DNA of 64,000 nucleotides from Eledone cirrhosa. Lineage: Eukaryota. Both the position numbers and the translations under genes were made by a program. Within the stretch, counting starts at the first letter, position 1. Each line of letters opens with the position of its first letter. The stretch covers positions 128,526,001 through 128,590,000 of the forward strand of contig OZ024742.1 in NCBI GenBank assembly GCA_964016885.1. The letters are read 5' to 3'. This document shows, in pieces, positions 13,291 to 27,300 of this stretch. The notes under the pieces are model-generated. The model saw only the letters and a list, made by a program, of their open reading frames with translations. It made no database searches and was not told the DNA's origin.

Positions 13291-13549
13291 TAAAAAGATG
13301 GAAGGTTATGTCTGAAGTTGGTAGAGCACTCAGTCCCAAGGATGAGTTCGGTATAGAGTTAGTTCCACAACAAATTAGCAAACCATATTTGAGGACATGT
13401 GTAACACCAGAGGGATTTTCAACAATGGTTGTGATGAGAATGGAAATATATCTGAGCTGACTGGATTCTGCACAGTAGTTTAATGACAAGGGAGACAACT
13501 CAAATTCAACTGTTGTAGGAGGGACAACTTTCGTTTGTGTTAGTTCAAT

Positions 13550-14480
13550 CCGGGTTAAACTAGAACTAGAAAATAAATTCTGATTATGGAAACTAAATTT
13601 GGAATAAAAAGGTCTGAGAGTAAACTTAGCCAAAACTAAAGCGCTAGTGGTTAGAAAAGAAGATGGGACCCTGATTCCCTCAGGGAAGTGGCCATGCTCA
13701 ATATGCTGAAAAGAAGTGGGCATAAACTCCATACAATGTGCACAATGTAAATCTTGGGTACACAAAAGATGTAGTGGGATAACGGGTAGACTAACAGGAA
13801 GAGGAAGACTTTGCATGTAGAAGATGAACAGAAGAAATTGAGGGGAAGAATGCCAATGATATAAACCTTTTCCAGTCAAAAGAAGGATCCATAGAAGTGG
13901 TTGATAGCTTCTGCTATCTAGGTGACCTAATTAGAAGTAGAGGAGAGTGTACCGAGAGTATACCCTTCTCTGGCTAGAATAAGGATAGGATGGAAGAAGT
14001 TTAGAGAGCTACTTCCACTGTTAACAACAAAAGGTTTCTCCCTAAATGCAAATGAAAGGCTGTATGATACCTGTGTGCAGTGCGCGATGCTGCATAGTCG
14101 TGAAACATGAAGCAACCATGTTTTGTTGGATGTGCAATGGAAATGTGAGAGAAATACAGAGCCTGGACAAGCTGAGGGATAAACTGGGTTTAAGGGGAAT
14201 CTGAGGTGGTGTACAGAAGTGAAGACTGCGTTGGTATGAACATGTGATGTACATGGACAATGACCAATGGATGAAGAAATACCAGGAAATTCCAGTGAAA
14301 GGAGGCTGCAGTAGAGGATGACCAAGAAAGACCTGGGCAGAGGTTGTGAGAGCTGACATCAAATCACTAAGACTGGAAGAGAAGATGATGAAGGAACGCG
14401 ACAACTGGAGAGATGCCTTGCTGAGAAGGGCCCATCCAACCCATGCAAGCATGGAAAAGCAGACATAAAAAGGATGATAT
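13550..14480 (+). mobile_element. RTE LINE 3' fragment, degenerate
   Basis: VNLAKTK, GKWPCSIC, SFCYLGD, RLRWY motifs with stops; ends cccatccaacccatgcaagcatggaaaagcagacataaaaaggatgat then (TA)n. Confidence 0.9.
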
Positions 14481-14521
14481 ATAATATATATATATATACA
14501 CATACAGCCTCCACACACACT

Positions 14522-14584
<63 letters not shown>

Positions 14585-14640
14585 GCAAACGAATCAAATG
14601 TTATTATTAATATTCGAAAAACTCAGATTACATATATATA

Positions 14641-15218
<578 letters not shown>

Positions 15219-15370
15219 ATAAATGATGATATATATATGTAATCTGAGTTTTTCGAATATTAATAATAACATTTGATTCGTTTGCAATTATGCAAACAAC
15301 CTCATTTTTAAAGCCATATCAGTAGAATGAACCCTTCATTCTTGCTCTTGTGTTGGCATGTTTATATGCC

Positions 15371-15401
<31 letters not shown>

Positions 15402-15407
<6 letters not shown>

Positions 15408-16320
15408 GTGTAGGTAGGAACTCTATTCTCTACCCCAAATGCAAACAATGGGTTCACAAGAGATGTAGTGGGATCTCAGGAAGCTTAACTAAGAATGTAG
15501 GCTTCACATGTAGCAGCTGTGCTGGGACAGCAAGCAGTAAACAGCCACAGGAAAAAAGTACCACCAATCTCTGGGAGGGCTCTGTAGAAACAGTAGACAG
15601 CTTCTGCTACCTAGGTGACTGAATTAGCAGCGGAGGTGGGTGTTCAGAAAGTACAATAACTAGGGTAAGAACGGGATGGAAGAAGTTTAGGGAGCTACTG
15701 CTACTGCTAGCTGCAAAAGGCTTTTCCCTCAAGATGAAAGGCAGACTGTATGATGCGTGTATACGAACAGCAATGTTACATGGTAATGAGACCTGGGCGC
15801 TGTCTGTGGAAGACTAGCGTAGATTAGAGGAAACGAAACCTGCATGCTCCGATGGATGTGTAATAGTAATATACGCGAACGGCAAAGCATAAATGAATTG
15901 AGAGAGAGACTGAGCATAAGAGGAATCAAATGCTGTGTGCAGGAGAGGCGGTTGCGCTGGTATGGACATGTGATGCGGATGAAGGATGACAGCTGTGTAA
16001 AAAGGTGCAGAGCACTAGAAGTCGATGGAAACCGCGGAGTGGGGAGACCCAAGAAGACCTGGGATGAGATGATAAAAGCCGACCTTACCCAATTACACCT
16101 CTCAAAGTTGTGACACATGACCGTGACCTCTGGCGTCATGCAGTAAGACAGAAGACCTGACCCCCCCCCCTCCCCCACGGGTACAAGCCGAAGCTGAAGC
16201 ATATAGATAATATGCCCCATACCTTCCCACTGTGGAGGTGCCACGGCAAAAAAGCACCCAGCCCACACTGTAAAGTGGACGGGTAGGCGCCACGGAAAAA
16301 AAGCACCCAGCACTCACTAT
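15402..16320 (+). mobile_element. RTE LINE 3' fragment (subfamily C), degenerate
   Basis: Highly similar to 44085-44940; [32 protein letters not shown]. Confidence 0.9.
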
Positions 16321-16492
16321 CTTCTATTTTACTTTTTTACATCTGAAACTTCTCTATCTATTTACCATACATGTTTTACTATCGATGTTATTGTTTTAAT
16401 TATACGCTATTTTATTATTAATGTTATTGTTTTGGTGTTACGCTACTCCTCTATATAAGTCTTGCCTCGAGTGAACTATTTTCATATCTACA

Positions 16493-16601
16493 TACTCTGA
16501 TGTGTTGACCAGTGGTAAATAATGTATTGGAGGTCGATTGACGCATCCTCAAGCGATTAGCAAACTCTAGGCTCACCTGATCAACGAAACAATTGTCAGT
16601 A
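16493..16601 (+). ncRNA. Hammerhead-like motif with long stem II and one core substitution
   Basis: tact-CTGATGT-gttgaccag...ctgatcaac-GAAA-CAATTG-TC-agta. Confidence 0.6.
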
Positions 16602-16762
16602 CTTTAAATACAGCCAACCATGTTACTCTTCTTTCTCTAACTATATATATAGAGAGATATAGATATATGTATATGTATATGTATATTTAATTATCTTCAA
16701 CATCTGTGCCTGTTAATAGGCAATGATAACTAATTAGAAATTAGATAGATTACACACACCCA

Positions 16763-16800
<38 letters not shown>

Positions 16801-16879
16801 CAGCAATTGATAATAAGCAGTAATAACAACTTAGGAATTAGATTACACTCTTGCGCACACAAACAGAAATAAATATCAA

Positions 16880-17950
16880 AGTACTACTACCACTACTACT
16901 ACTGCTGCTGCTGCTGCTACTACTGCTGCTGCTGCTGCTGCTACTACTACTGCTGCTATGGTACTACTACTAATACTACTGCTGCTGCTGCTGCTACTAT
17001 TACCACCACCAACACCAACACCAACACCATCATCACCAGCAACTACGCCACCACAATCGTCATCCCCACCACTACCAACAACAAAACAATCACAACAACT
17101 ACCACTACCATCAAAGTCATCACTGCTATTGTCACCACCATCATCATCACCAACATCACCATCATCACGACCACTATCACCATCACCAACAACATTCCAA
17201 TCACCATGACCACCACCAATACCATTACAACGAGTACCCCCCCCCCATCATCATCATCACCACCATCACTGCCACCATCACGACCACTATCACCATCACC
17301 ACCATCTTCAACAGGTTTGTTTTCATGGCCACCATCACTATGAACATCCCAACAATCACCACCATCACCAGCACCATCACTGCCACCACCACCAACACAC
17401 CTCCACCAGCACCATCACCACCATCACCTCTACCATCCCCACCACCATCAGCACCTCCACTACCATCACCATCACCACACCGTCAGCACCTCCACCACCA
17501 CCACCTCCATCACCATCACTACCAACATCAACACCTCCACCACCATCACCACTACCACCACCGCCACCACCCAAATCACCTCTACTACCACCATCACCTC
17601 TACCACCAGCATCACCACTATCACCATCACCACCACCACCACCACCTCCACCACCATCATCATCATCACAACCATCATCATCATCATAACCACCATCTTC
17701 ACCAGGTCTGCTACCATAACTGTCAGAAACGCCACCATCCTCACTGCCCCCCACCCCATTAGCACCATCCTCACTGCAATCGCGCCCCCCACGACCACTA
17801 CCACCACCATCACAACAACCATCACTACCACCACCACCACAATCCCTACTACGACCACCATCGCAACAACCATCACTTCCACCACCACCACTACTACCAC
17901 CACCATTGCAACAGACTTCACTACCACAATCCTCACTGCCATCAGTCATG
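16880..17950. repeat. (CTA/CTG/CAC/CAT)n low-complexity region
   Basis: Direct reading; gives poly-H/P/T/V pseudo-ORFs. Confidence 0.95.
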
Positions 17951-18006
17951 TCAAAGACACAACCTCTCTAGTGTTGGTGCCATGATAAAATACACTCTGT
18001 AAATTA

Positions 18007-19808
18007 GTTGATTCTTCCTCTAATAGTACCAGTCTGGTACTGGGGTTGATTCTTCCTCTAATAGTACCAGTCTAGTAATGGGGTTGATTCTTCTTCTAAT
18101 AGTACCAGTCTAGTACTGGGGTTGATTCTTCTTCTAATAGTACCAGTCTAGTACTGGGGTTGATTCTTCTTCTAATAGTACCAGTCTAGTACTGGGGTTG
18201 ATTCTTCTTCTAATAGTACCAGTCTAGTAATCGGGTTGATTCTTCTTCTAATAGTACCAGTCTAGTACTGGGGTTGATTCTTCTTCTAATAGTACCAGTC
18301 TAGTACTGGGGTTGATTCTTCCTCTAATAGTACCAGTCTAGTACTGGGGTTGATTCTTCCTCTAATAGTACCAGTCTAGTACTGGGGTTGATTCTTCTTC
18401 TAATAGTACCAGTCTAGTACTGGGGTTGATTCTTCTTCTAATAGTACCAGTCTAGTACTGGGGTTGATTCTTCCTCTAATAGTACCAGTCTAGTACTGGG
18501 GTTGATTCTTCCTCTAATAGTACCAGTCTAGTACTGGGGTTGATTCTTCTTCTAATAGTACCAGTCAAGTACTGGGGTTGATTCTTCTTCTAATAGTACC
18601 AGTCTAGTACTGGGGTTGATTCTTCCTCTAATAGTACCAGTCTAGTACTGGGGTTGATTCTTCCTCTAATAGTACCAGTCTAGTACTGGGGTTGATTCTT
18701 CTTCTAATAGTACCAGTCTAGTACTGGGGTTGATTCTTACTCTAATAGTACCAGTCTAGTACTGGGGTTGATTCTTCTTCTAATAGTACCAGTCTAGTAC
18801 TGGGGTTGATTCTTCTTCTAATAGTACCAGTCTAGTACTGGGGTTGGTTCTTCTTCTAATAGTACCAGTCTAGTACTGGGGTTGATTCTTCTTCTAATAG
18901 TACCAGTCTAGTACTGGGGTTGATTCTTCCTCTAATAGTACCAGTCTAGTACTGGGGTTGGTTCTTCTTCTAATAGTACCAGTCTAGTACTGGGGTTGAT
19001 TCTTCCTCTAATAGTACCAGTCTAGTACTGGGGTTGATTCTTCTTCTAATAGTACCAGTCTAGTACTGGGGTTGATTCTTCCTCTAATAGTACCAGTCTA
19101 GTACTGGGGTTGGTTCTTCTTCTAATAGTACCAGTCTAGTACTGGGGTGGATTCTTCCTCTAATAGTACCAGTCTAGTACTGGGGTTGATTCTTCTTCTA
19201 ATAGTACCAGTCTAGTACTGGGGTTGATTCTTCTTCTAATAGTACCAGTCTAGTACTGGGGTTGATTCTTCTTCTAATAGTACCAGTCTAGTACTGGGGT
19301 TGATTCTTCCTCTAATAGTACCAGTCTAGTACTGGGGTTGATTCTTCTTCTAATAGTACCAGTCAAGTACTGGGGTTGATTCTTCTTCTAATAGTACCAG
19401 TCTAGTACTGGGGTTGATTCTTACTCTAATAGTACCAGTCTAGTACTGGGGTTGATTCTTCTTCTAATAGTACCAGTCTAGTACTGGGGTTGATTCTTCT
19501 TCTAATAGTACCAGTCTAGTACTGGGGTTGATTCTTCCTCTAATAGTACCAGTCTAGTACTGGGGTTGATTCTTCTTCTAATAGTACCAGTCAAGTACTG
19601 GGGTTGATTCTTCTTCTAATAGTACCAGTCTAGTACTGGGGTTGATTCTTCCTCTAATAGTACCAGTCTAGTACTGGGGTTGATTCTTCTTCTAATAGTA
19701 CCAGTCTAGTACTGGGGTTGATTCTTCTTCTAATAGTACCAGTCTAGTACTGGGGTTGATTCTTCTTCTAATAGTACCAGTCTAGTACCTGGGTCAATTC
19801 TTCCTCTA
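18007..19808. repeat. 38-bp tandem satellite, ~47 copies
   Basis: gttgattcttc(c/t)tctaatagtaccagtctagtactggg; phase at 18121 and 19261 identical (1140 = 30 x 38). Confidence 0.98.
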
Positions 19809-19976
19809 TATCTCTTTCTCATTTTCTTTCTCTCTCTCACTTTCTATCTTTCTCTGGAAGAAATCTGCTGTACTCAGGCCTTGAGAGGGATGGGCTCCAC
19901 CAGGCTCAAAATGCCCAAGAAACGCTGTATGTCAATGCAGCGCCCCAGCAACCCCATCAGGAGTTACAGGACCATA
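19772..19976 (+). mobile_element. 3' body of Nin-domain-like SINE variant following the array
   Basis: Matches 30165-30355 and 31280-31415 (ttcttcctctata...ggaagaaatctgctg...ggagttacagga). Confidence 0.8.
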
Positions 19977-20229
19977 TTATACCATATTGTGGACTACATT
20001 ATCCAATTTGTCCTTCATTTTTAAAGATTTTAGGGTTTGTTTTGATGGTGATTTGGCTACTGTTTCTAGCAAGTCGATCACATATAGTCATGTTTATAGG
20101 CATGGGATTCCTGATGGGGTTGTACAGGTGCCTGCTATTACATTTAGATCTATTCCATTTATAGCTATTGATATAAAGACAAAGTCAGGTCAGGCTTCTA
20201 CCTGCTACTGGTACCATGTAACCCAGTAC

Positions 20230-20800
20230 AACTAAACCAGCAACTAAACCACCTCCTCCACTAGACCAGGGTCTGATAAGTAGGGTAAGAGGAACCCTAG
20301 CAGCACAAAAAGCAAGAGCTGTTAAATGGGCAGATGAACTCCTCAGAGTCAATGGCTATCCTCCCTAACTATGGGTTGAATAGCCTCACCAACCTGCAAT
20401 TGGCCAAGCATAGTGAGTATGGCTACCCTCTTGAAGATATGATGAAAACCAAAGAGAAAGCAGTGGAGATCAACCAGTGTGGGGTTCCTCAAACAGGAGT
20501 GAGAAGACCCTGGATTGGACTGGATATAAAGACTGCACCATTTCTATGAATTTTGCCTACAATAAAACAGGAATACCAAACGCTACTGATGACCACTTCA
20601 TCCAGAAGAATCATATAAAAGGAAACCTACAGATGGTTGTTGAACTTGCTGAATATAACAAAAGAGTGATTTGTATAATGTAGCAGTTGATAAAAAGAAA
20701 CTGGGTGATCACAGCGAAGTGCTATTGATCATAGGTTTATTTTTTTTACCAAGGCTAACTTGGGATCAAATAATAATGACAACAGCTTCATACAAGAGAT
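20230..20800 (+). mobile_element. Old LINE 5' UTR / endonuclease relic
   Basis: agagtcaatggc.atcc block shared with the minus strand of 57895-57960; coding remnants are weak. Confidence 0.3.
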
Positions 20801-20933
20801 TAGACAGTCCTTTGTGTAGAAACCTTGAAGTACTTTATCATTCTTATCTTAAGGAAATGCCCAAGTCTGAATATGACACACACAGGAAAAAGTTTAATTT
20901 AAAAAATAATAATGAAACACAGTCATGACTTTA

Positions 20934-20964
<31 letters not shown>

Positions 20965-21280
20965 CATATATATAATATAAGGACGATTTGTTAAGCCTTC
21001 ATTATGCTTATTCGTTGGTGACGCGCATTTCACTATTGATCAGTTCAAAGTTTGATCTGTATTGATCTGGCCTGACTAGGGAATCAGAAGCTTGTCGGAC
21101 CCCTGCGGTAGTAATGACAGAAAATATATATATATATATGTTCTGTTACATCAATTGACAAGATCCCAGGCTTCATTTGGTTTCCGATTAGGGTGGAACT
21201 TGCCAAATTAGACCAATGGAAATAATGTTTGCATTGGTCTTTCTGTTGCTGATACTATCTATTGGCCGCAACTTCTGGCA

Positions 21281-21282
<2 letters not shown>

Positions 21283-21328
<46 letters not shown>

Positions 21329-21339
21329 GTATATATATA

Positions 21340-21436
<97 letters not shown>

Positions 21437-21446
21437 ACATATATAT

Positions 21447-21535
<89 letters not shown>

Positions 21536-21586
21536 TATACATATATATATATATATATACATATATATACATACATATATATATAT

Positions 21587-21670
<84 letters not shown>
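21283..21670. repeat. Compound (TA)n/(CA)n microsatellite
   Basis: Direct reading. Confidence 0.97.
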
Positions 21671-21672
<2 letters not shown>

Positions 21673-21673
<1 letters not shown>

Positions 21674-22014
21674 GAGGCACATGGCTTAGTGGTTAGAGCA
21701 TTGGCCTTGCAATCGAAAGGTTGTGAGTTCACTTCTCAGACCGGGTGATGTGTGGTTTCCTTGAGCAAGACACTTTATTTCACATTGCTCCAGTTTACTC
21801 AGCTGTAGAAATGAGATGATAGGGACTGGGGTCCCTATCATTCCACTGCAAAGTGGTCGTGTAGGTGCCACGGCAAAAAAAAAAGCACCCAGCACTCACT
21901 GTAAATGAGGTAGGTGTTAGGAGGAAGGGCATCCAACTGTAGAAATCAAACCAGAATCAGTTCCCGTCCCACCCTTGCAAGCAGGGAAAAAGCGGACGTA
22001 AAATGAAAAATGAA
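21673..22014 (+). mobile_element. SINE family S1, full length
   Basis: ggaggcacatggcttagtggttagagc head, ttgagcaagacactttatttcacattgctccag body, cccgtcccacccttgcaagcagggaaaaagcggacgtaaaatga tail shared with RTE at 36068-36108. Confidence 0.92.
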
Positions 22015-22269
22015 TATATATATATATGTATATATTAGAAAGTGAGGTTTTTTTTACAAAATGAAAAATAACCGAGGTGTCCTACATGAGTGAAAGTATA
22101 AAGAAAAAAAGATGAAATCGAAAATGCAACTAGAATCTTATTTTAAAAAATATATATATATTTATTTGGTTCCTTTACCGGTTTCGCAGTTCTTCTGCTT
22201 TTCAAAAGTAGAGTTGAGATGGAGGGTCTGTGGTTTTTCTCACACACACACACACACACATATATATCT

Positions 22270-22300
<31 letters not shown>

Positions 22301-22387
22301 TATATTTAGAAATGCACTATTATTATTAAAATATAATTGTATCGATCAATTAATTCTTCATAAAATATACTTATAAATATTATCTAT

Positions 22388-22745
22388 ATAATTATTTCTA
22401 CTTTTGGTACAAGGCCAGCAATTATCCCAGTGCATTACTGATACTTTATTTTATCGACCCCATAAGGATGAAAGGCAAAGTTACCTCGGTGGGATTTGAA
22501 CTCAGGTCATAAAGGGAGGTAACTCTATGCGTCAAAGCATGGCGCCCGACCCTCTACTGATACTGCCAATCCACGGAGAGAGTCGGACGCCATGCTTTGA
22601 AGCATAGAGTTACGTTCCTTTATGATCTGAGTTCAAATCCTGCCGAGGTTAACTTTGCCTTTCATCCTTACGGGGTCGATAAAATAAAGTAACAGTAATG
22701 TACTGGGTAATTGCTGGCCTTGTACCAAAAGTAGAAATAATTATA
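22388..22745. mobile_element. Head-to-head inverted pair of Nin-domain-like tRNA SINEs (family S2)
   Basis: 22388-22575 minus and 22576-22745 plus; gagttcaaatcc B box, ctttgcctttcatccttacggggtcgataaaataaagta. Confidence 0.88.
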
Positions 22746-22753
22746 TATATAAT

Positions 22754-23125
22754 GGAGGCACATGGCTTAGTGGTTAGAGCCTTGCACTCGAAAGGTTGTG
22801 AGTTCAATTCTCAGACTGGGTGATGTGTTGTTTCCTTGAGCAAGACACTTTATTTCACATTGCTCCAGTTCACTCAGCTGTAGAAATGAGATGATAGGGA
22901 CTGGGGTCCCTATCATTCCACTGCAAAGTGGTCGTGGAGGTGCCACAGCAAAAAAGCACCCAGCCCACACTGTAAAGTGGACGTGTAGGCACCACGGAAT
23001 AAAAGCACCCAGCACTCACTGTAAATGAGGTTGGTGTTAGGAAGGGCATCCAGCTGTAGAAATCAGTTCCCGTCCCACCCTTGCAAGCAGGGAAAAACGG
23101 ACGTAAAATGAAAATGAAAATGATA
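22754..23125 (+). mobile_element. SINE family S1, full length with an extra internal unit
   Basis: Same head/body/tail as 21673; aaaagcacccag unit present twice. Confidence 0.92.
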
Positions 23126-23419
23126 ATATTATAACTCACGATTTGAATAGAACCAATAATTAATACTATCTCTCAATTTTTTTAAATTGGTATTCCACCA
23201 CTTCAACACATTTATTATTCTCATATTATTTTATAGATAATACCAAAATATATAATTATATAATTAAATAAATAATTATAATTATATCACTCTCTTTACA
23301 CCATCACTGATTTGATCCATACAATTATATTTTAATAATAATAGTGTATTTCTAAATATAATATATTTGTTTTATTATACTCATTCCTTAAATTTTCTTA
23401 CACCCTAATATTAATGTTA

Positions 23420-23525
23420 AGGATGACCGATGGGTGAAGAAGTGCCAGGAAGTCCCAATGGAGGGAAGACGCAGTAGATGTAGACCATGAAAAACATGGG
23501 TGGAGGTGGTGAGAGCAGACCACAG
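23420..23525 (+). mobile_element. Short RTE fragment
   Basis: ggatgaccgatgggtgaagaagtgccaggaa matches 35890-35990. Confidence 0.85.
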
Positions 23526-23599
23526 ATTAATATTAAAAATAAAAAAAATAAAAAATTATCCTAATAATTATTTAAATTTACCTAGCGTCTAAATATAAC

Positions 23600-23925
23600 G
23601 ATCTTTTTCAACTGTACGTTTAGCCTCATTAACATATTTCATCCTAAGATTTGAAATTTCTTTCACTATCCAAAATGAACTTAAAACGATAAGTTCTTAT
23701 TTCTGGATATGTCAATATTTATAAAACAATTTTTGTATTTTATCTGATGTGAGCATACCCAAATTTTGGTACCCTTGAAATATATACAATAAAATAAATT
23801 TGCTTATATAAAGATAGTTTCCATGTATTAATATCGTTGATATTATACTCCAGCAGAAATTCTGTAGAGTGCTTCGAATCTGTTATGAATAAATTTGTTG
23901 AATAACCAACAAATTAAATATCTAT
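23600..23925 (-). mobile_element. Degenerate PLE N-terminal fragment
   Basis: ttttggtacccttgaaatatata and flanks shared with 63820-64000. Confidence 0.6.
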
Positions 23926-24337
23926 TTGTGTGTATGTGACTGGCAACTGTGTTAAAAATTCCATGTATCAACCATTACGTTATATCTCTAAACGTGCAGA
24001 TTCCCGTTATATCTCTAAACGTGCTGAATGCCATGAATCATTACACTGTATGGATTTTATAAAGATAGGTGTCATTTCTTCTTATCTACAAATTATGTTC
24101 AAATAGTATGTGTAACAACGGTTTGTACGAAAAGTGGAAGCTGTTATGCTCTCGCTTTTCGTAAAGATGGCTGTTTATTTTGAATTTATATTTGTGTGTA
24201 TGTGACTGGCAACTGTCTTAAAAATTCTATGTATCAGCCATTACGGTTCTCACTTCCCACCCACCCACCCAACCCACCTCCACCACATTCGGTATACATG
24301 TCCGACGCTGTATGCTAACCACTCCCTCATGAATATA

Positions 24338-27300
24338 TCATAGAACAGACAAGGGGCGGACGGAGGCTCCATAAGCCGCAATGTAGGCAACTTGTCTAGG
24401 AGAGCTACCACTCCGAATAAATTGGTGCAGGGTAGAGAAGTCCTCTAAGACAACTTCCCTAGTTCTGGGGGCACGAATAAAAACACCCAGTCCATGCTGT
24501 AAAATGGAGGGGGTAGATAGGGCCCCTGAGTCCAGTAAGACGACCTCTCTAGTGCTAGTGGCACGAATAAAAACATCCAGTCCATGCTGTAAAATGGAGG
24601 GGTGGATAGGGCCCCTGAGTCCAGTAAGACGACCTCTCTGGTGTTGGTGGCACGAATAAAAGCACCCAGTCCATGCTGTAAAATGGAGGGGTGGATAGGG
24701 CCCCTGAGTCCAGTAAGACAGCCTCTCTAGTGCTGGTGGCACGAATAAAAGCACCCAGACCATGCTGTAAAGTGGTGCTGGTGTTAGGAAGGGCATCCAA
24801 CCAGTATAATAAATGCCAAATAAGAATTGCAACAACTGCGTCAACAGCAATAACACTAACCATGTTAGGGCTGCGCATGGTAGTGGGGTGGCTGGTGCAG
24901 CCAATGTGCGAGAACCCCCCCGACCATCATCAAGCAATCGCACAAAAACAACTGCGTAAACAGCAATAACACTAACCATGTTAAGGCTGCGCATGGTAGT
25001 GGGGTGGCTAGTGTGGCCATGTGTGAGAACCTCACGACCATCATCAAGCAATCGCACAACTGGAAAAAGAACGGGACGTTGCATCTCAGAGTTGCCACAC
25101 TTAATGTTGGACGCTAACAGGTAGATCTCTTGCAGAGATGTGAGAGAGAAAGCATGTGGACGTGTGCTGTGTGCAAGAGGTGCGATGGAGAGGTGCCTCT
25201 GCAAGACTAATTGCAGGCATACACAGTAGTTATAAGCTTTTCTGGGTGGGTAATGATGATGGGTTAGGCGGGGTGGGCATATTACTGGCTGAGAGATGGA
25301 TAAATAATTAAACTTAGGTTAGTTGTAGGCAAGAGACTACTGACAATCATCTCTGCCTATGCTCCCCAGGCAGGCCTAGGTAAAGAAGAGAAAGACGGCT
25401 TTTACGAGCAACCTTTACAGACAACCTCAATGACAGAGAACAGAGATATCGTTATGCTATCAGGGGACTTCAATGGTCATGTTGGACAGCTCCAGGATGG
25501 ATACACTAGGGTACATGATGGGTACGATTACGGCTCAAGAAGTGAAGAAGGAGTGACGCTTCTTGAATTTTGTGATGCAAATGCACTAACCATTTGCAAC
25601 ACTAACTTCCAGAAGCCTACCAACCACCTAATAACCTACAAATCAGGTGAGCACATAAGCCAGATTGACTTCCTGCTAATTAGACAGCGAGACAGACTGA
25701 TGGTGTCAAATACTAAGGCTTACCCTGGGGAAGAATGTACCCCACAGCATAGGTTAGTCGTTAGTGAAATCTCAGTAAGCTAGAATGAGACATACAGGAA
25801 GGTGTGGAAAAGAAAGGTCTGGAAGCTAAAAGACCTTTCATCAAAATATAAATTTAGCAAAGCCCTTCAAGATGCATACGACGAAAAATAAGACGATTTA
25901 GAGTTGTATGACATAGATGATAACTGGAATTTCTTGCGTGACAACTTACTGCAGGCTACAGAAGAAACTTGTGGTTGGGGCAGAGCTTCAACCAGACAGA
26001 ATGACCTGGTAATGGAACAGCACGGTAGATATGTAGACACAAGTCTGGCAAGGAAAACTTGGAAAAATGGTCGTAGTAGAGACAGATACACATCCGCTAA
26101 GAAAGAAGCTAGACGCCAGGTGTACTTAGCACGCAGGGAGGCGGAGAGTAGGAGGTTTGCCAATGTTCTGCGACGGGAAGATCAGAGATGTGCGGTGTTC
26201 CGCATTGCAAGGCAGTGTGTCAGTGCAAATCAGGATGTTGTTGGAGATAAGTGTGTCCGGAATGATGCTGGTGTACTTAGTGTTACGAATGATCAAAAGA
26301 AGGAGGCCTGGAAATGTCATTATGAGAGACTGATGAATGTAGAGAACAAATGGGACAGAGAGGAATTACCCCCAGTAGACTCGACAGAGGGACCAGCTAT
26401 TGAGATTGATGAATATCGGGTCCAAGAGGCGATTAAGGAAATTAAAAATGGTAAGGCTGCTAGGCCGTTGGGGATAGTTGCTGAGATGCTGAAGGCTTCA
26501 GGAGAAGTAGCCACTAAACTGGTTGCACGCATCATTAATCAAGCTATATATGGTGGTTGGTGTCATAACCAAAAACTGGTGCAGCAGTATTCTCATAAAT
26601 TGCTACAAAGGTAAAGGGGATGCTCTGGAGAGGAGAAATTATAGGGGCATAAAGCTGATGGATCAGGTTATGAAAGTGGCAGAAAGAATATTAGTTTAAC
26701 TGATTAGAGAAAGGGTCAAACTAGATGAGATGCAGTTTGGTTTTGTATCTCGGAAAAGTACAACAGATGACCTCTTCATAGTGAGGCAACTACAAGAGAG
26801 GCTCTTAGAGAAGAATAAGCCACTATACTTAGCCTTTGTTGACTTAGAGAAGGCCTTTGATAGGGTACCCTGATCTGTCATCTGGTGGTCCCTAAGGAAA
26901 CTAGGTGTAGAGGAATGGCTTGTGAGGACAGTGCAAGCTATGTACAGGGGTGCTGTCAGTAAAGTGAGAATAGGAATGAAGTTTAGTGAGGAATTCCAGA
27001 TACAAGTAGGTGTACATCAAGGCTCGGTCCTCACTCCACTCTTGTTCATTATAGTCCTCCAAGCCATAACAGAGGAGTTTAAGACTGGATGCCCATTGGA
27101 ACTTCTCTATGCTGATGATCTGGTTCTTATAGCAGAATCAGTAGAGGAGCTAGAGAATAAATTCTGGCTATGGAAATAGCAGTCGGAATCAAGAGGACTG
27201 AGAGTGAACATAGCTAAGACAAAAGTGTTGATGAGTAGAAAAGAGGACAAAACTCTGATTCCGTCAGAGAAATGGCCATGTTCGATATGCAGAAAAGGAA

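Noticed and set aside
16958-17949. His/Pro/Gly-rich proteins
   Set aside because: Trinucleotide low-complexity DNA, open in several frames on both strands, no domain or splice support
21673-21745. tRNA gene
   Set aside because: tRNA-like head continues into a SINE body and recurs in several copies; no clean acceptor stem
21015-22210. Further hammerheads at ~21015-21095 (-), 22165-22210 (-), 37905-37975 (+), 45165-45200 (-), 62260-62310 (-)
   Set aside because: GAAA/stem III side recognisable but the CTGANGA box is mutated; probable relics, not called as features
24338-25204. 288-aa minus-strand ORF as an ORF1/ORF0
   Set aside because: Built from the 5' UTR tandem repeats read antisense; no domain similarity
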